Part shown: piece after piece, positions 7,731 through 16,521 of the stretch
Layout: the number at the start of each line of letters is the position of its first letter
Position numbering within the stretch: position 1 is the stretch's first letter
Assembly (NCBI GenBank): GCA_902523535.1
Contig: CABYZQ010000003.1
Coordinates: forward strand, 19,514-83,513
Reading direction: 5' to 3'
Length of the DNA stretch: 64,000 bases
Origin: an uncultured Pelagibacteraceae bacterium
GTDB lineage: Bacteria > Pseudomonadota > Alphaproteobacteria > Pelagibacterales > AG-422-B15
Program-made: the position numbers and the translations under genes
Notes under the pieces: generated by a model
Databases searched by the model: none
What the model was told of the DNA's origin: nothing
Seen by the model: only the letters and a program-made list of their open reading frames with translations

Positions 7731-9191
7731 ATGAACATAGAAGAAAAAAATCATTACGATGTTATTGTTGTAGGAGCTGGTATCTCTGGCATTGGAGCAG
7801 GTTACTATTTACAGAAACACTGCCCAACGAAGTCTTTTTGCATAATTGAGGGCAGAGAAAATATAGGAGGTACCTGGGATCTATTTAGATATCCAGGAAT
7901 TCGATCTGATTCTGATATGTTTACTTTAGGTTATGCGTTCAAACCTTGGAAGGAACAAAAATCAATTGCCGATGGTCCATCAATTTTAAATTATTTAAAG
8001 GAAACAGTTGATGAAAATGATCTTGAAAAGAAAATAAAGTTTAGTCACAAAGTCAGTAATGCAAACTGGAATTCAGAAAATAATTGTTGGGAATTAGATA
8101 TTGCAAATAATCAAAATCAGAAAATCATTTTAACTTGCAACTTTCTTTTTATGGGTACTGGTTATTATAATTACGATTCAGGCTATACACCTGAATTTAA
8201 ATCAATAGAAAAATATAATGGTAAATTAATTCATCCTCAAAAATGGCCTGAGGACTTTGATTATTCTGGTTCCAAAATAGTTGTCATTGGAAGTGGCGCT
8301 ACTGCCGCTACTATTGTTCCAGAGTTATCAAAAAAAGCTAAGCACGTAACAATGTTACAAAGATCTCCAAGTTACTATTTTCCAGCCCCTGATGAAGATA
8401 GATTTGCAAATTTTCTTAAGAAGATTTTACCTTCAGTGTTTGCTTATACGATAATTAGGTTAAGAAACGTTTTTTTCCAACAGTTGCTTTTTCGGATATG
8501 CAAAATTTATCCAAAATTTGTTAAGAGAAAACTGATTGAAAGAATAAAAAATTTGTTGCCTAACCATGATATAGCAAAACATTTTACTCCTGATTATAAC
8601 CCATGGGATCAAAGAATATGCCTCATACCCAATGGAGATTTATTCGAATCTATAAAAGATAATAGAGCAACTGTAGTAACTGACCACATTGAACAGTTTA
8701 CAGGCAGTGGAATTAAACTTAAATCAGGACAGGAACTAAGCGCAGATGCTATTGTGACAGCAACAGGATTAAATCTACAACAGTTTGGGGGAGTTAAGAT
8801 TCACATTGACGGTAAGTTTTTGAATCCTGCTGAGACTATGACTTACAAAAGTATGATGTTCAGTGGTATCCCTAATTTTATAAACTCATTTGGTTATATT
8901 AATGCTTCGTGGACCTTAAAAGCTGATCTGACTTGTGAATATGCTTGTCGCTTAATCAACTATCTTGATAAGAATAATTATAGTCACTGTACCCCAAGAA
9001 TTCCTATTGATGTAAAAGAAGAAAAAGATTGGCTAGCAACAGAATTCTCGTCTGGCTACATACACCGAGCAATTCATTTATTCCCAAAACAGGGAAGCCG
9101 TTCACCATGGGTCAATACTCAAAATTATTTTAAAGATTTTGTTGGAATAAAATATGGCAGGCTCAATGATGACTCAATCCACTTTAATTAA
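7731..9191 (+). CDS. FAD-containing Baeyer-Villiger/flavin monooxygenase, EthA-like
   Basis: DVIVVGAGISGIGAGYYL, GGTWDLFRYPGIRSDSDMFTLGYAFKPW, VVIGSGATAATIVPEL, HVTMLQRSPSY, NPWDQRICLIPNGDLF, ATGLNLQ and INASWTLKADL run near-colinear with M. tuberculosis EthA as remembered. Confidence 0.85.
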   Translation: MNIEEKNHYDVIVVGAGISGIGAGYYLQKHCPTKSFCIIEGRENIGGTWDLFRYPGIRSDSDMFTLGYAFKPWKEQKSIADGPSILNYLKETVDENDLEKKIKFSHKVSNANWNSENNCWELDIANNQNQKIILTCNFLFMGTGYYNYDSGYTPEFKSIEKYNGKLIHPQKWPEDFDYSGSKIVVIGSGATAATIVPELSKKAKHVTMLQRSPSYYFPAPDEDRFANFLKKILPSVFAYTIIRLRNVFFQQLLFRICKIYPKFVKRKLIERIKNLLPNHDIAKHFTPDYNPWDQRICLIPNGDLFESIKDNRATVVTDHIEQFTGSGIKLKSGQELSADAIVTATGLNLQQFGGVKIHIDGKFLNPAETMTYKSMMFSGIPNFINSFGYINASWTLKADLTCEYACRLINYLDKNNYSHCTPRIPIDVKEEKDWLATEFSSGYIHRAIHLFPKQGSRSPWVNTQNYFKDFVGIKYGRLNDDSIHFN

Positions 9192-10831
9192 GACACATCT
9201 GCTTTAGCCATCTCTCTTAATTCGTACTTTAATATTTTGCCTGTTGATGTTTTCGGTAACTCAGTAAATATAACTTTTTTAGGACACTTAAAGCCGGCAA
9301 GAGTTTCTTTACAAAACGATATTATGTCTTTCTCTGTTACATTATCGTCCTGACTTTTTAGTTCAATAAAAGCACAAGGAGTTTCACCCCATTTTTCATC
9401 AGGTTTAGCAACTACTGCAGCAAAAAGAACTGATGGGTGCTTGTACAACGTATTTTCTATCTCAACTGAAGATACATTTTCTCCCCCAGATATTATGATA
9501 TCTTTGCTTCTATCTTTGATCTGGACATATCCATTAGGATGCATCACTGCTAAATCTCCAGAATGAAACCAACCTCCTGACATCGACTTATCAGTTTCTT
9601 CTTTATTCTTAAGATAGCCCTTCATAACACAATTGCCTTTAATCATGATTTCGCCAATTTCCTCGCCATCATTTTTGACTTTTTTCATGGTCTCCGGATT
9701 CATAACCGTAAGACCTTCCATCATTGGAAATTTTACACCTTGCATTGATCGCAATTTTGATTGTTCTTCTACCGACAATTCATTCCATTCATCTTGCCAT
9801 GCACACATAGATACATGACCATAAGTTTCAGTTAATCCATACACGTGTGTTACATCAAAGCCCATTTGTTGAACTGCTTCAAGAGTTGCTGCTGGTGGTG
9901 GGGCTCCGGCAGTAACAACATTAACTTTATGAGAATACTCTCTTTTTTCATCATCGGTCGCTTGTGCTATAAAGTTTAATACAATAGGCGCTCCTCCAAA
10001 ATGCGTAACTTTATGATCAGCAATTGCGTCAAAAAGATTTTTTGCAGATACATATCTTAAACATACACTTGTTCCTGCCAAGGCGGTTAATGTATATGGA
10101 TTACCCCAGCCATTACAATGAAACATAGGGACTACCCACATGTAAGTTGGATGCATGGCCATGCTAAATGCTGTAACTGAACCTAATGCCATTAAATATG
10201 AACCTCGATGATGATAAACTACACCTTTAGGAAGACCTGTGGTTCCCGATGTATAATTAAGAGCAAGTGAGTCCCATTCATCTTTCGGTAAACTCCATTC
10301 AAAATTTTCATCGCCAGTTTTAAGGAACTCTTCATAATTTTGACTTCCAAGATTTTCTCCGGCACCTTCAGGATGATTAGCAAGTTCATCATCAATATCT
10401 ATAACTAAAGGTTTAGTTTTTATTTTGTTTAATACTTCCTTAATGGTAGGTGAGAGTTCATTATCAGTGATTACTACTTTTGCTTCTCCGTGCTCAAGAA
10501 TATAAGAAATGGTATCTACATCTAATCTAATATTAATTGTATTAATTATCGCTCCAATCATAGGAATTCCATAATGAGCTTCATAAATTTCTGGAGTATT
10601 AAAACATAAGACTGCAACTGTATCACCTTTGCCAACACCTTTTTTTGTGAGAGCGCTAGCTAGCTGCTTACTTCTCTTAAAAGTATCTGACCATGTATAC
10701 TTTTTAGAACCATGAACAATTGACAGTCTATTTGGATACACTTCAGCCGATCTTTGTAAAAAACTTAATGGAGAAAGAGGTGTGAAGTTAGCGTGATTCT
10801 TGTCTAAGTTAGTATTATACATATAAGTCAT
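9188..10831 (-). CDS. AMP-forming acyl-CoA synthetase (medium/short-chain, AAE7-like subfamily)
   Basis: NFTPLSPLSFLQRSAEVYPNRLSIVHG, AMP motif YTSGTTGLPKGV, YGLTETYG, GWFHSGDLA, and a C-terminal PKTSTGKILK. Confidence 0.85.
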   Translation of the reverse strand: MTYMYNTNLDKNHANFTPLSPLSFLQRSAEVYPNRLSIVHGSKKYTWSDTFKRSKQLASALTKKGVGKGDTVAVLCFNTPEIYEAHYGIPMIGAIINTINIRLDVDTISYILEHGEAKVVITDNELSPTIKEVLNKIKTKPLVIDIDDELANHPEGAGENLGSQNYEEFLKTGDENFEWSLPKDEWDSLALNYTSGTTGLPKGVVYHHRGSYLMALGSVTAFSMAMHPTYMWVVPMFHCNGWGNPYTLTALAGTSVCLRYVSAKNLFDAIADHKVTHFGGAPIVLNFIAQATDDEKREYSHKVNVVTAGAPPPAATLEAVQQMGFDVTHVYGLTETYGHVSMCAWQDEWNELSVEEQSKLRSMQGVKFPMMEGLTVMNPETMKKVKNDGEEIGEIMIKGNCVMKGYLKNKEETDKSMSGGWFHSGDLAVMHPNGYVQIKDRSKDIIISGGENVSSVEIENTLYKHPSVLFAAVVAKPDEKWGETPCAFIELKSQDDNVTEKDIISFCKETLAGFKCPKKVIFTELPKTSTGKILKYELREMAKADVS

Positions 10832-12498
10832 TAAAATAATCCTTCAATTTCACCATCATCATTTAAGTGTATCGCATTTGCAGCGGGAATTCTAGGTAGA
10901 CCAGGCATGGTCATTATTTTATCACATACCACTACAAGAAATTCAGCTCCAGCTGCTAATCGTATTTCTCTAATTGGAACAATGTGATCCTTAGGAGCAC
11001 CTCGCAAATTTGGATCCGTTGAAAAACTGTATTGAGTTTTGGCAATACAAATAGGGTAATGACCATAGTTTTCCTGCAACTCATCGAATTGTGTTCTTAT
11101 TTTTTGATCTGCAATAATATCTTTTGCTCCATAAATATCTTGTGCAATTTTCTGAACTTTATCCCACAGTTTCATTTCATCAGGGTAAAGGTGCTTTATT
11201 TTTGGATTTTCGTCAGTTGTCACATCTACAATGTGTTGCGCTAAGGTTTCTGCCCCAGCTCCGCCATTGCTCCAGTGAGTACAATTAAACGATTTAATGT
11301 CAAGCTCATCACAGCATTCACTGATTATTGAGAGTTCATTATCGGTATCGGTTATAAAATGATTAATTGCTACAGACACAGGAACCCCATATTTTTTCAT
11401 ATTCGAAATATGTTGTTGCAAGTTCGATAGACCTTTCCTCAAGGCGTCTAGATTTTCATTTTTCAGTTCCTTTTTATCCATTCCGCCATGCATTTTTAAA
11501 GCTCTTACGGTAGCCACAATGACTATTGCAGAAGGGTTTAAATTTCCTTTTCTGCATTTAATATCTAGAAATTTTTCAGCGCCAAGATCCGCTCCAAATC
11601 CAGCTTCGGTTACTACATAATCACTAAGTTTAAGTGCGGTTTGAGTTGCAATAAGCGAATTGCAACCATGTGCAATGTTAGCAAAAGGACCCCCATGAAT
11701 AATTGCTGGGTTTTCTTCTAACGTTTGAACAAGATTTGGGAGAAAAGCATCTTTTAGTAACGTTGTCATTGCTCCGTCTGCATTTATGTCACGCGCTTTG
11801 ATCTCTTTTTTATCTCGCGTGTAACCAATGATAATATTGCCAAGTCTTTTCTGCAGATCACTTAGACTTGTTGACAAACAAAAGATCGCCATAACTTCAG
11901 AAGCAACTGTAATATCAAATTTATCTTCTCTAGGAAAACCGTTTGCTATACCTCCAAGATTTATATTTGTATTTCTCAAAGCTCGATCATTTAAATCTAC
12001 AACTCGACCCCATACTATTCGTCTTGTATCTATATTTAGATCATTTCCCCAATAAATGTGATTATCGATCATAGAAGCAAGCAGGTTATGAGCAGATGTG
12101 ATTGCATGAAAATCACCTGTAAAATGAAGATTAATCTTATCCATCGGGACTACTTGAGCATAGCCACCTCCAGCAGCTCCACCTTTAACGCCAAAACACG
12201 GACCTAAGCTTGGTTCTCTGAGGCATACCAATGACTGCTTACCTATTTTATTAAGAGCATCATTTAACCCCACTGAGGTAGTAGTTTTACCTTCACCAGC
12301 AGGAGTTGGTGAAATGGCCGTTACCAATATCAATTTTCCATTTTTGTTTTGATTTTTCAATGTGTTGGTATCAATTTTTGCAATATGATGTCCAAACTTT
12401 TGAAGGCTATTTTCCTCAAGTTTTAGTTTTGAGGCCACCTTTTCAATTGGCACCATTTGATTTTTTCTTGCTATTTCAATGTCTGATAGAACATCCAT
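10831..12498 (-). CDS. fhs: formate-tetrahydrofolate ligase
   Basis: 555 aa. [10 protein letters not shown].., [37 protein letters not shown] and MPGLP are textbook FTHFS. Confidence 0.95.
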   Translation of the reverse strand: MDVLSDIEIARKNQMVPIEKVASKLKLEENSLQKFGHHIAKIDTNTLKNQNKNGKLILVTAISPTPAGEGKTTTSVGLNDALNKIGKQSLVCLREPSLGPCFGVKGGAAGGGYAQVVPMDKINLHFTGDFHAITSAHNLLASMIDNHIYWGNDLNIDTRRIVWGRVVDLNDRALRNTNINLGGIANGFPREDKFDITVASEVMAIFCLSTSLSDLQKRLGNIIIGYTRDKKEIKARDINADGAMTTLLKDAFLPNLVQTLEENPAIIHGGPFANIAHGCNSLIATQTALKLSDYVVTEAGFGADLGAEKFLDIKCRKGNLNPSAIVIVATVRALKMHGGMDKKELKNENLDALRKGLSNLQQHISNMKKYGVPVSVAINHFITDTDNELSIISECCDELDIKSFNCTHWSNGGAGAETLAQHIVDVTTDENPKIKHLYPDEMKLWDKVQKIAQDIYGAKDIIADQKIRTQFDELQENYGHYPICIAKTQYSFSTDPNLRGAPKDHIVPIREIRLAAGAEFLVVVCDKIMTMPGLPRIPAANAIHLNDDGEIEGLF

Positions 12499-12616
12499 TA
12501 CTACGCCTTTTAAATTTTAGTCTAGACAACTTAAGAATTTTAATTCGTGGAGTCTACAAAAATGTATTGTAATACACCTAAATTTTAAATAGATTTCTCA
12601 CTAAGGAGACTCAAAG

Positions 12617-12667
12617 AACGTTGCAAAATTAAGCCAAGCAACGTTACTTAATAATCGCGTGGCTTAA
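12617..12667 (+). promoter_or_regulatory. candidate structured leader: two interleaved 8-bp helices (H-type pseudoknot or mutually exclusive hairpins)
   Basis: AACGTTGC (12617-12624) pairs with GCAACGTT (12638-12645). TTAAGCCA (12629-12636, inside loop 1) pairs with TGGCTTAA (12660-12667). The element ends 25 nt before the metF-like start. Confidence 0.3.
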
Positions 12668-12691
12668 GCGTAAACACTTAAATTTTTAATT

Positions 12692-13432
12692 ATGGGAAAT
12701 GTGAATTTTTCATTAGAGGTGACTACGCGGACCAACTTGTCTGAGCTACCCAAGCTTAATGATATATATGTAACATTCTTGCCGGGTACAAGTTACAAGG
12801 ACGTAATTGAACAGACAAAAGCTTTATCAAAATCAGGTTTTAACGCAATTCCCCACTTTCCGGCTAGATCAATAACTGATTTAGACATGCTGAAAGATTA
12901 TGTTGACCAAGTTAAAGAAGCTGGTGTTAAGCAAGTATTAATAATTGGAGGCGATAGAGATATTCTTGGCAATTATCATTGTTCACTTCAATTAATTGAA
13001 ACGGGCTTATTCGATGGAATGAAAATTGGTATAGCAGGTCATCCCGAGGGATCTCCTAATATGAGCGATCAAGCAATAGATGAAGCGATGAAGTCTAAAT
13101 CTTCATTTGCAGATTATATTGTTACGCAATGGACTCAGGATACAAATGCATTATCTGAATTTGTTAACGAAGCACCATTGCCCGTTCATGTTGGCCTTGC
13201 GGGACCAGCCTCAATGAAAACGTTAATAAAATTTGCTGGTTTTGTTGGATTAAAGAATACACTTAGCTTTGCTAAAAAAAATGCATCAAAAATTTTTGAT
13301 TTATTGACGGTACAAACACCCCATGATGTAATTCAAGAATTAAAAGGAAATGTAGATAATTTTCACATTTATGCATTTGGTGGAATAAAAAAAACAAGTG
13401 AATGGTTACAAAAGGAGAACTACTATGTCTAA
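12692..13432 (+). CDS. methylenetetrahydrofolate reductase family protein (short MetF-like, 246 aa)
   Basis: FSLEVTTRT, YVTFLPGTSYKD, AIPHFPARSI, VLIIGGD and IGIAGHPEG follow the PF02219 MTHFR barrel pattern. It is shorter than the canonical ~290 aa. Confidence 0.7.
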   Translation: MGNVNFSLEVTTRTNLSELPKLNDIYVTFLPGTSYKDVIEQTKALSKSGFNAIPHFPARSITDLDMLKDYVDQVKEAGVKQVLIIGGDRDILGNYHCSLQLIETGLFDGMKIGIAGHPEGSPNMSDQAIDEAMKSKSSFADYIVTQWTQDTNALSEFVNEAPLPVHVGLAGPASMKTLIKFAGFVGLKNTLSFAKKNASKIFDLLTVQTPHDVIQELKGNVDNFHIYAFGGIKKTSEWLQKENYYV

Positions 13433-14768
13433 AAAATTAGAACACAATACTACGGTTGATCAAAGTGATCGACATGTGCCTTACAATTTACGTCAAAGTG
13501 GACCAACCAAAGTTGAAATGCTGATCTCTACGAGAGTCAGAAAATCACCTTATTGGCATAAATCAATGGAAGCCGGTTGCTGGAGAGCAACAGTTTACAA
13601 TCGTATTTATCATCCAAGGGGATATGTAAAGCCCGAAGATGGTGGAGCAATGGTTGAATACGAAGCAATTAAAAACCACGTCACTATGTGGAATGTTGCT
13701 GTTGAAAGACAGATATGTGTAAAAGGACCTGATGCAGAGAAATTTACAGACTATGTCATCACTAGAGATGCAACAAAAATCTCACCTTTAAGAGCAAGAT
13801 ACGTAATTCTCTGCAATTATAAGGGTGGCGTTTTAAATGATCCAATTCTTTTGAGAATTTCTAAAGATGAGTTTTGGTTTAGTTTATCAGACTCAGATAT
13901 TGGTCTATATCTCCAAGGTGTGAATGCTGACAAAAGATTTAACGTAGAAATTGATGAAATCGATGCATGTCCAGTTCAAATCCAAGGACCAAAAGCTGCT
14001 GCATTAATGAAAGATTTAGTTGGTGATCAAGTGGATCTCGACAATATTCCATTTTATGGACTAGCAGAAGTTACTGTTGGCGGTCGAAGTTGTGTTATCT
14101 CGCAGACAGGATTCTCTGGAGAGTCTGGTTATGAAATCTATTTGAGAGATGCAACACTTTATGCAGATGATATGTGGGATGCCGTTTTGGAAGCTGGTAA
14201 AAAGCATAACTTAATGGTAATTGCCCCTGCCCACCACAGAAGAATTCAAGCGGGAATTTTATCATGGGGTCAGGATATGGATCATGAGCATAATCCATTC
14301 CAGTGCAACTTAGGATACCAAGTATCATTATCTGGAAAAGGAGAATGGGAAAAGAAAGGTGACTATGTTGGAAAACAAGCTCTTGAAAAGATGAAAGCTG
14401 ATCTTGCTGATGGTCACAAGCCATATAAATTACAACTAGTTGGTTTTGAACTAGAAGGTAAACCAATTGAGGAATATGCGCCTGACTTCTGGCTCGTATC
14501 TCCTGGTGACGGTGGTGATCCATGTGGTTTCATTACATCTCCTTGGTACCATCCTGAAAAAGGAAAAAATATAGCAATGGGCTATGTCCCTTTTGACGGT
14601 TCTTTGAATGCTAATGGATTCCCAAAATGGGAGCTTGGAAAGAAATATAAAATTCATCTGCCAGATATTTACGCAGATAAGCCAGGTGAACCAGTGGACG
14701 CAGTAACTGTGGATGTGCCGTTCACTGAGTCATTCAATGCAAATACAAGGGAAGTAGTTAAAGGTTAA
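13425..14768 (+). CDS. GcvT-family (aminomethyltransferase-fold) THF-dependent protein, 447 aa, unknown substrate
   Basis: RKSPYW, MWNVAVERQICVKGPDAEKF, GGVLNDPILLRISKDEFWFSLSDSD, VQIQGPKA, SQTGFSGESGYEIY and RRIQAGILSWGQDM. I place the start at ATG 13425 (AAGGAGA 7 nt upstream, ATGTCTAA overlap with the metF-like stop) rather than the track's 13398. Confidence 0.8.
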   Translation: MSKKLEHNTTVDQSDRHVPYNLRQSGPTKVEMLISTRVRKSPYWHKSMEAGCWRATVYNRIYHPRGYVKPEDGGAMVEYEAIKNHVTMWNVAVERQICVKGPDAEKFTDYVITRDATKISPLRARYVILCNYKGGVLNDPILLRISKDEFWFSLSDSDIGLYLQGVNADKRFNVEIDEIDACPVQIQGPKAAALMKDLVGDQVDLDNIPFYGLAEVTVGGRSCVISQTGFSGESGYEIYLRDATLYADDMWDAVLEAGKKHNLMVIAPAHHRRIQAGILSWGQDMDHEHNPFQCNLGYQVSLSGKGEWEKKGDYVGKQALEKMKADLADGHKPYKLQLVGFELEGKPIEEYAPDFWLVSPGDGGDPCGFITSPWYHPEKGKNIAMGYVPFDGSLNANGFPKWELGKKYKIHLPDIYADKPGEPVDAVTVDVPFTESFNANTREVVKG

Positions 14769-14782
14769 ATTTAAATATTATT

Positions 14783-14809
14783 CTGGCGTCTTAAATAAGA
14801 AGACGCTGG
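14783..14809. terminator. bidirectional hairpin between convergent genes
   Basis: CTGGCGTCTT-aaataag-AAGACGCTGG (7 Watson-Crick pairs plus 2 G-U plus C-G), lying between the GcvT-like stop (14768) and the msrA stop (14815). Confidence 0.6.
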
Positions 14810-14814
14810 AGTGA

Positions 14815-15309
14815 TTAAGATTTGTGCTGAACATATAGTTGGTGATAGCACACTTTACCGTTCTTCTCGATAAAGTCCTGATGATATTCTTCTGCAGGGT
14901 AGAACTTAGCAGCTTCTCTTAATTCTGTGGCTACCTTTCCTTGATGTTCACCTGAGTCGTCAATTTGTTTTATTTTTTCTTCAGCAATAGTTTTTTCACC
15001 TTCTGAATTATAAAATATTACAGATTTATATTGTTCACCAATATCAGGACCTTGTCGGTTAAATTGAGTGGGGTCATGTATAAAGAAAAATTTGTCTAGC
15101 AGTGCTTCATATGTAGTTTCTGAGTCATCATATTCAATTTCAACAACTTCAATATGACCCGTGGTTCCTGTGCAAATAGTCTCGTATGTAGGATTGTCAG
15201 TGTGACCACCTGCATATCCGGATATTACTTTTTTTACACCTGGGATTTCTTCAAAGAGCACTTCAACTCCCCAAAAACATCCAGCTCCTAAAACTAATTT
15301 TGCATTCAT
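14815..15309 (-). CDS. msrA: peptide-methionine (S)-S-oxide reductase
   Basis: LGAGCFWGVE active-site motif, GYAGGHTDNPTYE.IC.G.TGH.EVV. Confidence 0.93.
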   Translation of the reverse strand: MNAKLVLGAGCFWGVEVLFEEIPGVKKVISGYAGGHTDNPTYETICTGTTGHIEVVEIEYDDSETTYEALLDKFFFIHDPTQFNRQGPDIGEQYKSVIFYNSEGEKTIAEEKIKQIDDSGEHQGKVATELREAAKFYPAEEYHQDFIEKNGKVCYHQLYVQHKS

Positions 15310-15384
15310 TACTTAACATAAAAGTTTTTTTATATATGTTAAAGGTCAAAATTAAATATATTCCAAATAAAATTAATACTTGTA

Positions 15385-16521
15385 ATGGATACAGAGATAA
15401 GCATTGGCAAACTTTCTAGTCTGAAGATTTGGATTACCAAGAATCACAAAAGTAAAGACGATTGGTCTAGGAGCAAAAAATTTATCATTATAAAAATAAC
15501 AACACACGACGGAGTTGAAGGGTGGGGGGAAGCATTCTCTATTCATCTCAGAGAAAAGGCAATTGCAACAATAATAATCGAGTTGTTTAAAGAAATATCA
15601 AAAATCAAAAACTTATCAATAAACTCATTATATAATAAAATATCTTTACTCAGTGATGATCATAAAGGACTAGATTTCAGTTCTGCCACAAGCGCAATTG
15701 AAATTGCAGCATGGGATATAGCCGGTAAATTGAAAAATCTACCTTTGAATTGTTTACTAACAGATAATCCTAAGCCCGATGTATCTATTTATGTTACGTG
15801 TTGGAGTGATCTAAGAAAAGATGAAGAAGATTACTTAGATCAGGTAGAAAAATATTTTGAAAAAAAATATGGAGGTATTAAAATTTACCCATTATTTGAA
15901 AACACTTCAAATTCAGTTAAGTTTGTCGATAGAGTAAGAAAAATAGTGGGAATGGAATACCCTCTCATGCTAGACTTAGCCATACCTAAAGATTTAGATC
16001 AAACAAAGACCTTCTTAAAAGAGGTATCTTTTTTGAAGCCCTATTGGATCGAAGAGCCGGTTGATGGAGAAAATATTAGCCTTCTCACCGAAATTAAAAA
16101 TAATTTTGATATGAAAGTTGTGACTGGCGAAAAACAGAGTGGCCTCCCTCATTTTAAAGAAATTATTAAAAGAGATGCAGCAGATATACTTAACCCTGAC
16201 ATTTCAGGAATAGGGGGAATTATTGATATGCTTTACGTTTCAAAGGAAGCTTTAAATAATGATATCTCTATTTCTCCCCATTGTTGGAATTCTATGTCAG
16301 TGTCCGCATCCGCGATGCTTCATGTTTGTTCAAGCATACCAAATTCGGAAAAGGCAGAAATATTCCCTGATTACATTGAATTCACAAAAGAGTTTTGTGA
16401 GTTGCCTTTTAATATCGTTGAGGATAAAGCAATACTTAATCAGTCTGCTGGACTAGGGATGGTAATTCATGAAGATACTTTATCAAAGTTAAGTACTTAT
16501 AGGATGGATGAAAAAAATTAA
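15385..16521 (+). CDS. mandelate racemase/muconate lactonizing enzyme family protein (enolase superfamily), substrate unknown
   Basis: GWGEAF, AIEIAAWDIAGK, IKIYP, LMLDLA, YWIEEP, VTGEK and NPDISGIGG fit metal-ligand D/E/E spacing. Confidence 0.8.
   Translation: MDTEISIGKLSSLKIWITKNHKSKDDWSRSKKFIIIKITTHDGVEGWGEAFSIHLREKAIATIIIELFKEISKIKNLSINSLYNKISLLSDDHKGLDFSSATSAIEIAAWDIAGKLKNLPLNCLLTDNPKPDVSIYVTCWSDLRKDEEDYLDQVEKYFEKKYGGIKIYPLFENTSNSVKFVDRVRKIVGMEYPLMLDLAIPKDLDQTKTFLKEVSFLKPYWIEEPVDGENISLLTEIKNNFDMKVVTGEKQSGLPHFKEIIKRDAADILNPDISGIGGIIDMLYVSKEALNNDISISPHCWNSMSVSASAMLHVCSSIPNSEKAEIFPDYIEFTKEFCELPFNIVEDKAILNQSAGLGMVIHEDTLSKLSTYRMDEKN

Noticed and set aside
9188-10831. Calling the acyl-CoA synthetase DmdB (MMPA-CoA ligase) because of the DMSP-related context.
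   Set aside because: Its N-terminal region (NFTPLSPLSFLQRSAEVYPNRLSIVHG) looks like the AAE7/short-chain ligase subfamily rather than the DmdB sequences I recall. No dmdC/dmdD-like genes are adjacent. The family-level call was retained.
12617-12667. Assigning the interleaved helices to the SAM-II/SAM-V riboswitch class because the downstream gene is metF-like.
   Set aside because: I cannot reproduce the class consensus from memory, and the order of the GGCUU/AAGCC-like segments does not obviously fit. I kept it only as an unclassified structured-leader candidate pending an Infernal scan.
15313-15342. 8-bp inverted repeat TTAACATA-N14-TATGTTAA in the msrA / enolase-matB divergent promoter.
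   Set aside because: It could be an operator, but an AT-rich 8-mer inverted repeat in a 75-nt AT-rich gap has a non-trivial chance expectation, and I have no matching regulator motif.
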